A DNA stretch of 60,289 nucleotides, taken from a virus. The notes beneath the pieces are model-generated. The model saw only the letters and a program-made list of their open reading frames with translations. It had not been told where the DNA came from and ran no database searches. The stretch lies in the IMG/VR virus record IMGVR_UViG_3300045963_000139; one strand, written 5' to 3'. The position numbers and the translations under genes were made by a program. Shown in pieces: positions 32,501 to 39,381 of this stretch (position 1 is its first letter; every line of letters begins with the position of its first letter).

Positions 32501-34554
32501 CCCGTGTTTTCGTGGCCGGTCGCAGTGCGCGAAGCTACTGGAGCCTTGGGAACACCGGCATTTCCGCCAGCCACAGGCGGCTGCACGCTGGGTGCAGGCT
32601 CTCCGGTGCCAGTACGAACTCCCCCGGATTCGCCAGAGACAGGTACTCCAGCTCCCACGCTTCCTGCTGGCTTATTACCCCCAGCTCCACCCACTCCTGC
32701 ATTTCCGGCTGCAGCCAATCCAGATGTGCCGTCATTTGAGCCTTTCAGTCGGTCAATTTCCAGTTGTGCTGCGCCTAGTTTACCGGACTTAAGCGCTTTA
32801 ACTAAAGTCTCGGCTTCCGCACTTTCGAGGTCAATACCGGCAGCAACAGCTTGCTCAGCCAGCGGGCGCACTGAGGCTTGCTTTTTCTTGCCGATACCGA
32901 TCGCTTTGAGAGTGTCGTCCAACTTCAGACCTGACAGCTCTTGCTCGGGCGTTACGACCGGCGCAACGGGAGGCGGTGGGGGCGGTGTCTCGACCGCAGG
33001 AGGCGGTGCAGTTTCTGCTGCACGCTGAGCCAAGAAACGCTGCTGGTTCGCATCTCCCAGCAACTTGTCGGAACGGACTTGCTGCCCTTCCATCCACTTT
33101 TGCGCGGGTGCGGCACCAACCAATGCGCCAACTTCTGGTTGCACAGCTTTGGCAGCGTCTTCCATTTGCGTTGCGCGTAGCAAATCAACTGGCTGAGTAG
33201 GGTCGCTCAAGTGTCGGCCCAGTTGCGCGCGACGGCCCGAGTCCTGCAACTGGTGGTAACCAGCAAGCGGAGCCATCATGGCACCCATGTACAAACCGGC
33301 TTGCGCACCGCCCAGAGCGGCGTCGCCCACATCTTCTGGAGCTCCACCGGCCGCGTTATTGTTGGCTGCAGACAGCGCGCCTTGAGCGGCCATACCTGTG
33401 GCTTGCGTTGCTTGGTTGACGCCTTCGTTGGTCGCAAAGCGCTTCATGAACTGCGGGTTCGTAACCATCTGGGCAGCTTGGTCGGCCGTCAGCTCTCCAC
33501 CGGACACTGCTTGGCGCAAACGTTGAATACCGGCGTAGGCACCCCCGTTCGCCATAATGCGACCACCGGCAAAGCCGAGGGCGGCTTGCGTGCCGCCGCT
33601 GATAAAGAACTGCCGCCAGCCAGCTTGATTGGCTTGGTCCTGTGGAACGCCTTGCTTAATCAGGGACTCGTACGTGTTCTGTGCGTCAGACGCGCCAAAT
33701 AAGGGAGCCACGACGCCCACATCCATGGCAGCGGCGACTTCCGGCATACCGGCTGCGGTGAGCCCCACGTTGGCAGCGGCGATCGGAACGGCAAGTCCAG
33801 CGGAACGCGCGTTGTTGATAAATCCAGACGCAACGGTACCGTGGCCGAGGGTGTCGGCTGGCTGGTCAGTACCGAGAAACCGGTCTGCTGCGCCGCCAGC
33901 ATTTTGCAAAGACTGACCAATCCCGGGAGCACCGGCCCACGTTGCTGCTTTACCGAGGGTATCGAGCCCACCACCGGCTACGCCGCCGAGGAACTGTTTG
34001 CCGGTTTCGTACGCCGCATGGCCCGCGCCACGGTCAATACTTGACAGGTACTGCTGCACATCAGACGCGTTGACCATCCGAAAACCGGGTTTTAGGTTTG
34101 TCGGCGAAACACTCTGGTGCCCGTTGGTTTGCAATAGGTTGGCAGCCATCGTGGGGTTATCCCCCATCGGCACAACCGTGTCGCCCACTTGAAGCTCGTT
34201 ATTCGGCCCGATGCCGTAGGTCGGCTGCGTGGATGGCGTTGTCGGCTGCTGCCCATACTGGGCTTGCATCTGCTGCAGCATCTGTGCATTGTGCTGAGCG
34301 ATCTGTGTTGCGTAGTCAGGCGGCGCGTCGGCTGTCGGGCCGGGAGTGCCGGGGCTCACCGTATTCCAGAACTGAGGCCCCATGGCTTGGTTGTTCTGCT
34401 GCGCCAGCGGAGTGAGGCCAGCGCTGGTAGGCTGCGGGCCGCGAGGTATCGAAGGGTTCTGCGGAACGCCAAGGATGGCGTTGTTTGCACTCCCGCCACT
34501 CAGGTTACTGGATGCGAAAGCGTTTGAATCCTTCGCGGCGGGGTTCATGGCCAT
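26533..34554 (-). CDS. Giant multidomain virion-associated (polyvalent-type) protein, 2673 aa
   Basis: Uninterrupted 8-kb ORF, the last gene of the structural arm, with RBS aaggac. Carries low-complexity G/A/Q, poly-Pro and K/E coiled-coil segments, an HEVGSH motif (30820-30837), the module NWHGTAAAFRKFNSKFVGTGEGAQAYGWG...FYDSQSRG...IIFNDRNILRV (about 29395-30438), and a helical C-terminal region. Confidence 0.85.
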   Translation of the reverse strand: MAMNPAAKDSNAFASSNLSGGSANNAILGVPQNPSIPRGPQPTSAGLTPLAQQNNQAMGPQFWNTVSPGTPGPTADAPPDYATQIAQHNAQMLQQMQAQYGQQPTTPSTQPTYGIGPNNELQVGDTVVPMGDNPTMAANLLQTNGHQSVSPTNLKPGFRMVNASDVQQYLSSIDRGAGHAAYETGKQFLGGVAGGGLDTLGKAATWAGAPGIGQSLQNAGGAADRFLGTDQPADTLGHGTVASGFINNARSAGLAVPIAAANVGLTAAGMPEVAAAMDVGVVAPLFGASDAQNTYESLIKQGVPQDQANQAGWRQFFISGGTQAALGFAGGRIMANGGAYAGIQRLRQAVSGGELTADQAAQMVTNPQFMKRFATNEGVNQATQATGMAAQGALSAANNNAAGGAPEDVGDAALGGAQAGLYMGAMMAPLAGYHQLQDSGRRAQLGRHLSDPTQPVDLLRATQMEDAAKAVQPEVGALVGAAPAQKWMEGQQVRSDKLLGDANQQRFLAQRAAETAPPPAVETPPPPPPVAPVVTPEQELSGLKLDDTLKAIGIGKKKQASVRPLAEQAVAAGIDLESAEAETLVKALKSGKLGAAQLEIDRLKGSNDGTSGLAAAGNAGVGGAGGNKPAGSVGAGVPVSGESGGVRTGTGEPAPSVQPPVAGGNAGVPKAPVASRTATGHENTGKLAPVEVGQKPAVAPIPTAPVRPPEAPRPDFHLEHPSGVPHPEWHLPEEPAAPEQTDNMRPNLGKETGQKHLFPMGARGELPKTGEAPKRVVKAEELAPAQAAVNQGVPIEQVGEHAAPVIETAEDAKKSRKRQEEEAAAEAAKTPEQRAAEAKQTAAETTKIPPVERFIAALGELAGTRLHAAANGENWQAMATREGVHHTTPQKYINKIKAERIDAAMNDGKITPDEARAMKEALDIAQGKAVQRKTEAAIAQDGGVSSAMDDNLSAGEKQELMAGGGMQVHGADNMGVKTKAEAEAEGQQSKAIAADAAAAEKKDAEEKAKKQGRAETRGIDIHSTDLEILKEGSRLEMERNKAQKAGNTKLFDELTDQIHALERVYKKRLDESVKKDADKEQKEKEAADEVSIDDQIEALNDKINDAEEAGNAKQVTKLEAERQALYDKRDGLDAPDDGEALVRDDKLAGNSDDVAYGKGDAVTDPYKSGKELHDEIAAWMNVEELPRHIKIVDTATDLTDLQDLGYAFSKGSPFGWAKDGRVVMIADRISRGDGKGAFLHEVGSHLGLDRILGKEKIDRIHEAIKEWAARTDGSKESEIAREALSHVFMAGTKPHQEANEAVAYFVQVALKRGVEPTALKGYDGRFASLIRQIYAAFKDAIRRVMRGKDINKLTAEDMVNMAYGAARLEVAGNWHGTAAAFRKFNSKFVGTGEGAQAYGWGAAYIAKRQGIGSDYHVRDVMAKWKKSVTDQLEKYADWYPKDEILHPVNRSELIPKDAQLGDFNPGKLAKKLLEAGVDYIDVVNHDTGEIERLNFNQRSIGNLMRVDHTVPDNAMMMSDLPVAKQHEHVRNVLNELLDKMDKKLPGEVTSYLDDMLDQANIDRDEITGHDFVGSPDSHFGKDGLLARAIEDGIFDDAPDHGHAKRAAAEYLNSLGVKGTKFYDSQSRGPDISAVNYVGNDRPDYFLMQRLMSGIQFEPARKIAMAGLRKDIKHLEASDGPNSASVSDARMRLEELNQAKPSDYQIVKRERTHNTIIFNDRNILRVASHPGGDVEQDLHGVKFGKTVAANISRLPDHLQEPARTITDRLNRWAGDALNHVVFTRDLVARGVAKGLTALEHYDTLREARDALAGHFQKMAFNAIEPVRKFTQEEKTGLSAFLQHSTLNGEWGYGPKATGKAKVMFDQLSDRAQSVAKAMFAHGDEILKEKKAVIEKKAAELYDDMLKGTTGAEREEILAEKNGFMKKYNTLMQIGEGKPYVPARRHGDWVVVGKSDAYLRAEERASRDGATREDKKALYDLVTDPQHYLVSEAQSEQESKALRQNMRDAGFPATKDHTYYKPKEDWQTELNGGKGVLAGMSRLRHQLEKLSQEAPAEADRMKYKTSARLLTNMWLDALSQSSSRKAEMRRMGVHGTMDMVGSFKQQAKGDAHFIAGITHNDAMLTQLKKAYKQADSGEGEDRTTKLHIYDEFMLRHEGSVNAVPTPWANKITKATALWQIATSPAHFIGNLMQPWTMTLPYLQAHHGYGKATSEFFKAYKEIGDILGKTGLLDTLKVSDMPADVRAPMQRLLELGRLDIGMNTEYGSMELRPKNMATRAAQAAADRVAQASLKMESLNRLASAAAAYRLEFAKHGDAERALHYAGDVVAETHGDHSRANAPRVFNNGFGKVALQFRKFQLVQLTQMVKMMGNLKNADPAERSIAVRHLVYTLAHVGVLGGALGMPGFGTFSAASQTLQKWLTGVDGQDWETKIEKAVGDRHIAQLLLRGVPGLLGVDLSKKVGYGDMLGIAPYTDVDPTDRKSVQDAIGQVTAGPFGGLVGRAAQSLHHMFVGNYYKGLEGLMPQGIANIMKGAREGGFAPTLGGVTNTKNDKLMDINAGEALLEAFGFEPSSKAMMQSETGAMIKSTEDFKNRLEILKERYNNDARSGSAGTSTAIKEMNDLRKEMVERGYRPTPLADILKTPIEQLKRQMFTTPGGVQYQPKQTGRAIDQLPK

Positions 34555-34563
34555 ATCAAGTCC

Positions 34564-36246
34564 TTATTGGGGAATCCCTTGCTTGGGTATCGATTTGAAG
34601 TCTAACCCAACTTGAGGCTTGCCGCCCGCATTTGTGGGGATGAACATCATGGTGGAGCGATCGGGCGAGTAGACATACATGCCAGTGCCCATCGGGTCGG
34701 AAACGGCTTTGAGGCCGTGCTGTTCGAGCGTTGCCTTCATGAGTTCCATGTTGCTTGACACCAGCGCTTTGCTGATCTCACCTTGGATTTCCATGTTCTT
34801 CAGGCGCTCGGCTGGGCCCGCCTTGGCATTTGCTTCGGCTGCAGCAGCTTGGAACGCTTGGTTGTACGCCATGGCATTCTTCATAGTCAAGTCGCGACCG
34901 GCCGGTGCTACCTTGGCATACAGCATGTGTGCAAGATCGACAGGCGTGCCGGGTTGGGCCACCATCTGCCCTTGGGGTGTGTACAGAGCGTACTGCCCGT
35001 TGCCTACAGTGTGGATGACCAGTGGTGTTTGAGTGTTCTGGGCCATGGACTGAACCATCTGGCCAAGGGCTCCCATGTTGCCGTTTTCCACGGCGCGCGT
35101 AGCCTGCAGCATGTTGTTGCTGAAAATCTGCTGGTGCACTTGCTGGCCGGTGGATTGAACTTGTTGCAGTTGAGCAAAGGCTTGGTCGCGCTCTTGTGGC
35201 GTAGCTGCGTTGTTGGCCTTGAACTGCAGCAGCTTGTACTGTTGCTGGAGTTGCAGCAGTTGCAGATGCGCCGCGTCCGAGTCGAAGTTGTAGTCCGCAC
35301 CTTGGGTGCCGTCAAACGTTTGGCCCGGTCCTTGCGGGGTGACGGGCGCTGGCTGGGGTGCCGCAGCTTGTTGGGGCGCAGCGCCTTGTGGAACGGAGGC
35401 AGCTTGTGGTGTTTGCGCAGTTTGTGACGTGCCAGATGTGGAAGCGCCGCCCGCAGCAGCCAAGCGCGCCTGAATGTTCTTCATCTCGCTGTTAAGGATT
35501 AACAGTTGGTCCGCTTTGGCTTTGCTATCCGGCGACTTGTTTGCGCGCGCTATTTCTCGCTGAATGCCTTCAAGGTCGCCTTGCAGACGAGTTACGTCTG
35601 AGTTTCCCGCTGCCGGTTGAGATGGAGCAGAAGCAGTTGCCTCGGGGCCAACAACGGATGGGTTATTCGCAGCGTTTTTATCGGCTTGCCCGCGTACGGA
35701 CGCAGATTGGTCGCTACGAAGCGCCGCGAGGCGTTTTGCCGATGCAGCTAAAGCAGCACTCCCGACACGGGGTGACGATTTGAGTTTGTCGTAGACAGCT
35801 TGCTCGGCCGCTACTTTTGCGTTCCATTTATCAGCAGGCTGGGCAGTGCTTCCAGCCCACGCGCCATTGGGGTTCGGGGGTTTAACTTCTTGGTCACCTT
35901 GAGCACCACCGCTGCGTCCACCCCATGTGGGTGTAGCAGGCTGGGCAGGAACTCCGTTGACGGGGTCACCGGGACCGGCCAAGGTTTGACGCCCGCTGGT
36001 GGGTTCCGCTGGTGCACTAGCTCCACTACCGCTTGTTGCATCAGAAGTGGGGGACGCATCAAGGCCAGCAGAAGATGCTGGCGGCAGATCGGTATTCGCC
36101 GTGGGGAAGCCGCTGGCCGTGCGGTCTTGCATGTTCGAGGCGCGGTCAGCAAGGTACTGACGCTGTTGGTCATCCAGCGTTTTCAGGTTCTGCATGCCCT
36201 TGGTGAAGGCATCGCTCGAAGACTGGTTGGCGTATTGAAGGTCCAT
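34564..36246 (-). CDS. Low-complexity Q/A/P/G-rich virion protein, putative internal or ejection protein
   Basis: 560-aa ORF with tight spacing to its neighbours. Function inferred from position. Confidence 0.6.
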   Translation of the reverse strand: MDLQYANQSSSDAFTKGMQNLKTLDDQQRQYLADRASNMQDRTASGFPTANTDLPPASSAGLDASPTSDATSGSGASAPAEPTSGRQTLAGPGDPVNGVPAQPATPTWGGRSGGAQGDQEVKPPNPNGAWAGSTAQPADKWNAKVAAEQAVYDKLKSSPRVGSAALAASAKRLAALRSDQSASVRGQADKNAANNPSVVGPEATASAPSQPAAGNSDVTRLQGDLEGIQREIARANKSPDSKAKADQLLILNSEMKNIQARLAAAGGASTSGTSQTAQTPQAASVPQGAAPQQAAAPQPAPVTPQGPGQTFDGTQGADYNFDSDAAHLQLLQLQQQYKLLQFKANNAATPQERDQAFAQLQQVQSTGQQVHQQIFSNNMLQATRAVENGNMGALGQMVQSMAQNTQTPLVIHTVGNGQYALYTPQGQMVAQPGTPVDLAHMLYAKVAPAGRDLTMKNAMAYNQAFQAAAAEANAKAGPAERLKNMEIQGEISKALVSSNMELMKATLEQHGLKAVSDPMGTGMYVYSPDRSTMMFIPTNAGGKPQVGLDFKSIPKQGIPQ

Positions 36247-36254
36247 GGTCAGTC

Positions 36255-37169
36255 CTAAGCAGGTGCGTTGGCTGGTTGTTTCGTGCCCGACCAGATGTCA
36301 AAAGCCTTGGTCGCAGCGCTTCCCAGATCGGCGTTCGTCTGATTGTCGGAAGTCTGTTTGGCGTTCTGGTCACTGCCGAGGGAGTCATACGCATCCAAGT
36401 TTTTCGGGGTGAGTAGTCCAGCGCCAAGGCCTTCTTGGCTTGCCATCTGACCTTGACCGGCAGCATAAGCTGTCGTCTCGGCGTTGCGGTTGCCAAAGCT
36501 CTGCTGTTGCATGGCCGAGTCGTACATCGGGTCGCCGGGTTTGTAGCCTTGCTGCTGAAGTGTCTGTTGCAAGTGCGACGTGGCATTGGCGCTGGCACCC
36601 TTGGCTGCCGCCTCGGCGTTGTTGGCAAGGAACGGAGCTTGGTTAATCAGCGAGTTACCCACAGCCGCGTTACCGGCGTTTCCTGCGACGGCCGCGTTGT
36701 ATCCGGCCGACTTGGCAGCCGAAGGCGCATTTTGCTTGGTGAGGGCGAGCCCTGCTTGCACCATGGGGTTAATAAACGACGGGTTTTTCTTAAGGTAGTC
36801 CGCACCTTGGCTTAGCAAACCTGCACCGCCCGAGTCAGCCGCGCCAGAGCCCACCGCAGAGCCGATACTGGCCCCATTCGTTAACCCGCCATAGTCGCTA
36901 CCAAGCCCTGCAGATGCAGCGTTGATACCATCCAGCGAAGTCGTGGACATCGGCATGAGCCCCGCGCTTGCTTGGTTGACGCCGTCCAGCGTAGTCGTGT
37001 TGAACGGTATTCCGCCAGAGTAGGACGCCAGCCCGGGCGAGCTACCGTCACCAGTAAACAAACTGCCAAGGGCAGAACCGGCGTTGCTTGCCGTTTGCCC
37101 AAGCACATCCCCAACACTTGAACCGGAGTCGCCTGTAAACCAATCAACAAAAGGGTCCCACCAAGACAT
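36255..37169 (-). CDS. Low-complexity G/A/S/N-rich virion protein
   Basis: 304-aa ORF with RBS aaggaaa. Confidence 0.6.
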   Translation of the reverse strand: MSWWDPFVDWFTGDSGSSVGDVLGQTASNAGSALGSLFTGDGSSPGLASYSGGIPFNTTTLDGVNQASAGLMPMSTTSLDGINAASAGLGSDYGGLTNGASIGSAVGSGAADSGGAGLLSQGADYLKKNPSFINPMVQAGLALTKQNAPSAAKSAGYNAAVAGNAGNAAVGNSLINQAPFLANNAEAAAKGASANATSHLQQTLQQQGYKPGDPMYDSAMQQQSFGNRNAETTAYAAGQGQMASQEGLGAGLLTPKNLDAYDSLGSDQNAKQTSDNQTNADLGSAATKAFDIWSGTKQPANAPA

Positions 37170-37178
37170 AATTTTTCC

Positions 37179-39014
37179 TTATCGCTGCATGGCAGCAGGC
37201 GTGTGATATTTGCGCACGATGTTGTCGAAAAACTCTTTGCCTTTCGTGGCCACCACATCGGCAGGGATGACGTACTCGCCGTTGCTGACGTTTACTGGCT
37301 GCCCATTGCTGGAGTTCTTGGTGTGGATAGAGTCGCTGGTTCCGGTGCCCGGGCCATGCAACATGCCGCCGTTGGCAAACGCGCCCGGGCGATCGCCGTG
37401 CTGAGAGGCTTGAGCCGCACCCATGAGAGCCATGCAGATGCGCTGATCGAATTGCATCGGCAACTGCTGCGCATCCGGCAGGTTGGCTTGGATAGCGAAC
37501 TGGCGCAACTTGGGCCAGAGTTCGGGGTGCTGCATAGCCGACTGCGCAAGTTGACCCATCATCTGGAGCTGCTGCGGATTGAGTTGCCCGGACTGGATGG
37601 CTTGGGTTATGTGCGCCTGCATGGCCTGCATCACTTGCGGGTTTGCCATAGTGTTCTGGACGTGGAGCTGCGCAAGGGCGGGGTGCATGGGTGTAGGTGC
37701 TTGTGCCATAGGTTGTCCTTGCGGAAGTTGGAGCCCCGGGGCTTGTGAGAAACCTTGATCGGTAGCCATGCCGCCGTCGGCTGCTGAAGCGGACGAGCCG
37801 AAACCGCCCGTGGACTGGTCGCCACCAGAAGTTGTTTCGGTGTGCTGCATCTGCGAGTTGTTTGAGCTACCGCCAAAGCTCCCACCGCTACTTCCGCCAG
37901 AGGTACCAAAAGTAGGTGACTCAGAATAGTACCCCCCCTGCGGCTGGTAATACTGCCCAGTTGGGTTGTGGTTCATATCGTACGCAGCGCCGGTAGCAGT
38001 GTCGTAGTAACCTTCAATTCTTTGCCCGTTTCGGCCACCGACTTCAATGTTTGCGAAGTTAACCGGCGTAGGCGCGGGAGTAGGCGCGGGAGTAGGCGCG
38101 GGAGTCGGGGCAACGGTCGGAGCTTGCGTGATGGCGGCAGCCTGTTGCGCTTGGGCTGGGTCCGTCGACATCGGGTTTGCCGCGATGCTGGCACCAGTCG
38201 GAGTTGTAGTAGGAGCGCCCGGGTCTGTGTTTCCTGCGTTGTAGCCACCACCGAACAGGCCTGCAGCGCCGGGAGTGTCCAGCGTCTTCTGCATGGTAGT
38301 TTTCGACGGGCCTCGGTCAGAGCCGTCAGGGGCTGTATTGCTCAGTCCTTGGTATGCGTTCGACGCTTCGGTAGGTGTGTCGTACCCGCTTGTGGGGCCG
38401 TTGATAATACCTTGTGCTTGCGCGTTGTTGATCGCGTTATTAAGAAGCCCATACCCTACCGCACCTAAAAGCCCCTTGGGGTTCCAATTTAGCGGGTTTT
38501 GCGCGGCATTTTCTAACGAATCCGTGATCGAGGGCACTAAATTTGCATCGGTCACCGGGCCCGCCATTGTGTCAACGTACCCGCCTTGGGGGGAAAGGTT
38601 TTCGCCAACGTCCGTTCCGCTGTACTGAGGGTTGCCGTTGGCATCAGTTCCGTTTTTCTGGATGTCGAGCGGCGCGCCGGTCGTCGGGCTCATACCGAAC
38701 TGGTCTTTGGCAGGGCCGACGTTATTGCTAGAAGGTGGTGGTGAAATATCAGGAGCTTGTATGATGGAGCCCATCTGAGCACCAAAATTCATCGGGCCAA
38801 GGTTGACGCCACGCAACCAGTCGTCGCGGTAGGTGGTCGTGTTGGGGTCTACGTCAGCGCTCCATATACTTTTTGCCTGTCGGTCAGAGGCTTGAGAATC
38901 AACCCCGTCGCGCGCTTCTCGGATGTTGCCGCCGTCAGCGTATGAAAGCCCGAGCACGGGACCGCCGTCAGCGTACCGACGTGATGCATTGGTGTTTTGT
39001 TGGGTACGTGCCAT
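37179..39014 (-). CDS. Low-complexity virion protein with a conserved-looking C-terminal motif
   Basis: 611-aa ORF with RBS ggag. (PTPA)n run. C-terminus reads GPGTGTSDSIHTKNSSNGQPVNVSNGEYVIPADVV. Confidence 0.6.
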   Translation of the reverse strand: MARTQQNTNASRRYADGGPVLGLSYADGGNIREARDGVDSQASDRQAKSIWSADVDPNTTTYRDDWLRGVNLGPMNFGAQMGSIIQAPDISPPPSSNNVGPAKDQFGMSPTTGAPLDIQKNGTDANGNPQYSGTDVGENLSPQGGYVDTMAGPVTDANLVPSITDSLENAAQNPLNWNPKGLLGAVGYGLLNNAINNAQAQGIINGPTSGYDTPTEASNAYQGLSNTAPDGSDRGPSKTTMQKTLDTPGAAGLFGGGYNAGNTDPGAPTTTPTGASIAANPMSTDPAQAQQAAAITQAPTVAPTPAPTPAPTPAPTPVNFANIEVGGRNGQRIEGYYDTATGAAYDMNHNPTGQYYQPQGGYYSESPTFGTSGGSSGGSFGGSSNNSQMQHTETTSGGDQSTGGFGSSASAADGGMATDQGFSQAPGLQLPQGQPMAQAPTPMHPALAQLHVQNTMANPQVMQAMQAHITQAIQSGQLNPQQLQMMGQLAQSAMQHPELWPKLRQFAIQANLPDAQQLPMQFDQRICMALMGAAQASQHGDRPGAFANGGMLHGPGTGTSDSIHTKNSSNGQPVNVSNGEYVIPADVVATKGKEFFDNIVRKYHTPAAMQR

Positions 39015-39015
39015 G

Positions 39016-39381
39016 TTAGCTCCGTAGCTGCTGCAGAAGTGAGTTTACAACATTCTGCAGTCTCGCCAAGTCATTCATGACGTTCTGCACGTCCGAAACG
39101 AGAGCGGCATAGTCCGTAGCGCTCACAATGACAAGAGGGTAGACGACAGAAGCGGAGTTTGGATAGGAAGTAGCATAGCCGGTAGCGCCTGCGTTTGTGC
39201 GTTTGGCTTGCTGAACGTCGCTTGGTACGACGGTGATTGAGTCGTTGGTCAGCGCTCGGATGCCGCTGATACGCGCGCCCGACAGAATTTCTACGTTCTC
39301 TTTGAGCGCGCGGAACAACCCGGACTCAGCAAGGTTGAGCCCTTCCATGGGTACGTCGGGTACGGGCGAAAATGACGGCAT
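39016..39381 (-). CDS. Hypothetical virion protein
   Basis: 121-aa ORF directly abutting both neighbours. Confidence 0.65.
   Translation of the reverse strand: MPSFSPVPDVPMEGLNLAESGLFRALKENVEILSGARISGIRALTNDSITVVPSDVQQAKRTNAGATGYATSYPNSASVVYPLVIVSATDYAALVSDVQNVMNDLARLQNVVNSLLQQLRS

Noticed and set aside
31433-33028. 531-aa plus-strand ORF, with neighbours 31489-32259 and 32268-32792, antisense to the giant gene
   Set aside because: S/A/P/C/R-rich nonsense-like composition and no RBS. It lies opposite an A/E/K/G/P-rich coding stretch whose codons rarely generate stops on the reverse strand. Classic shadow ORF.
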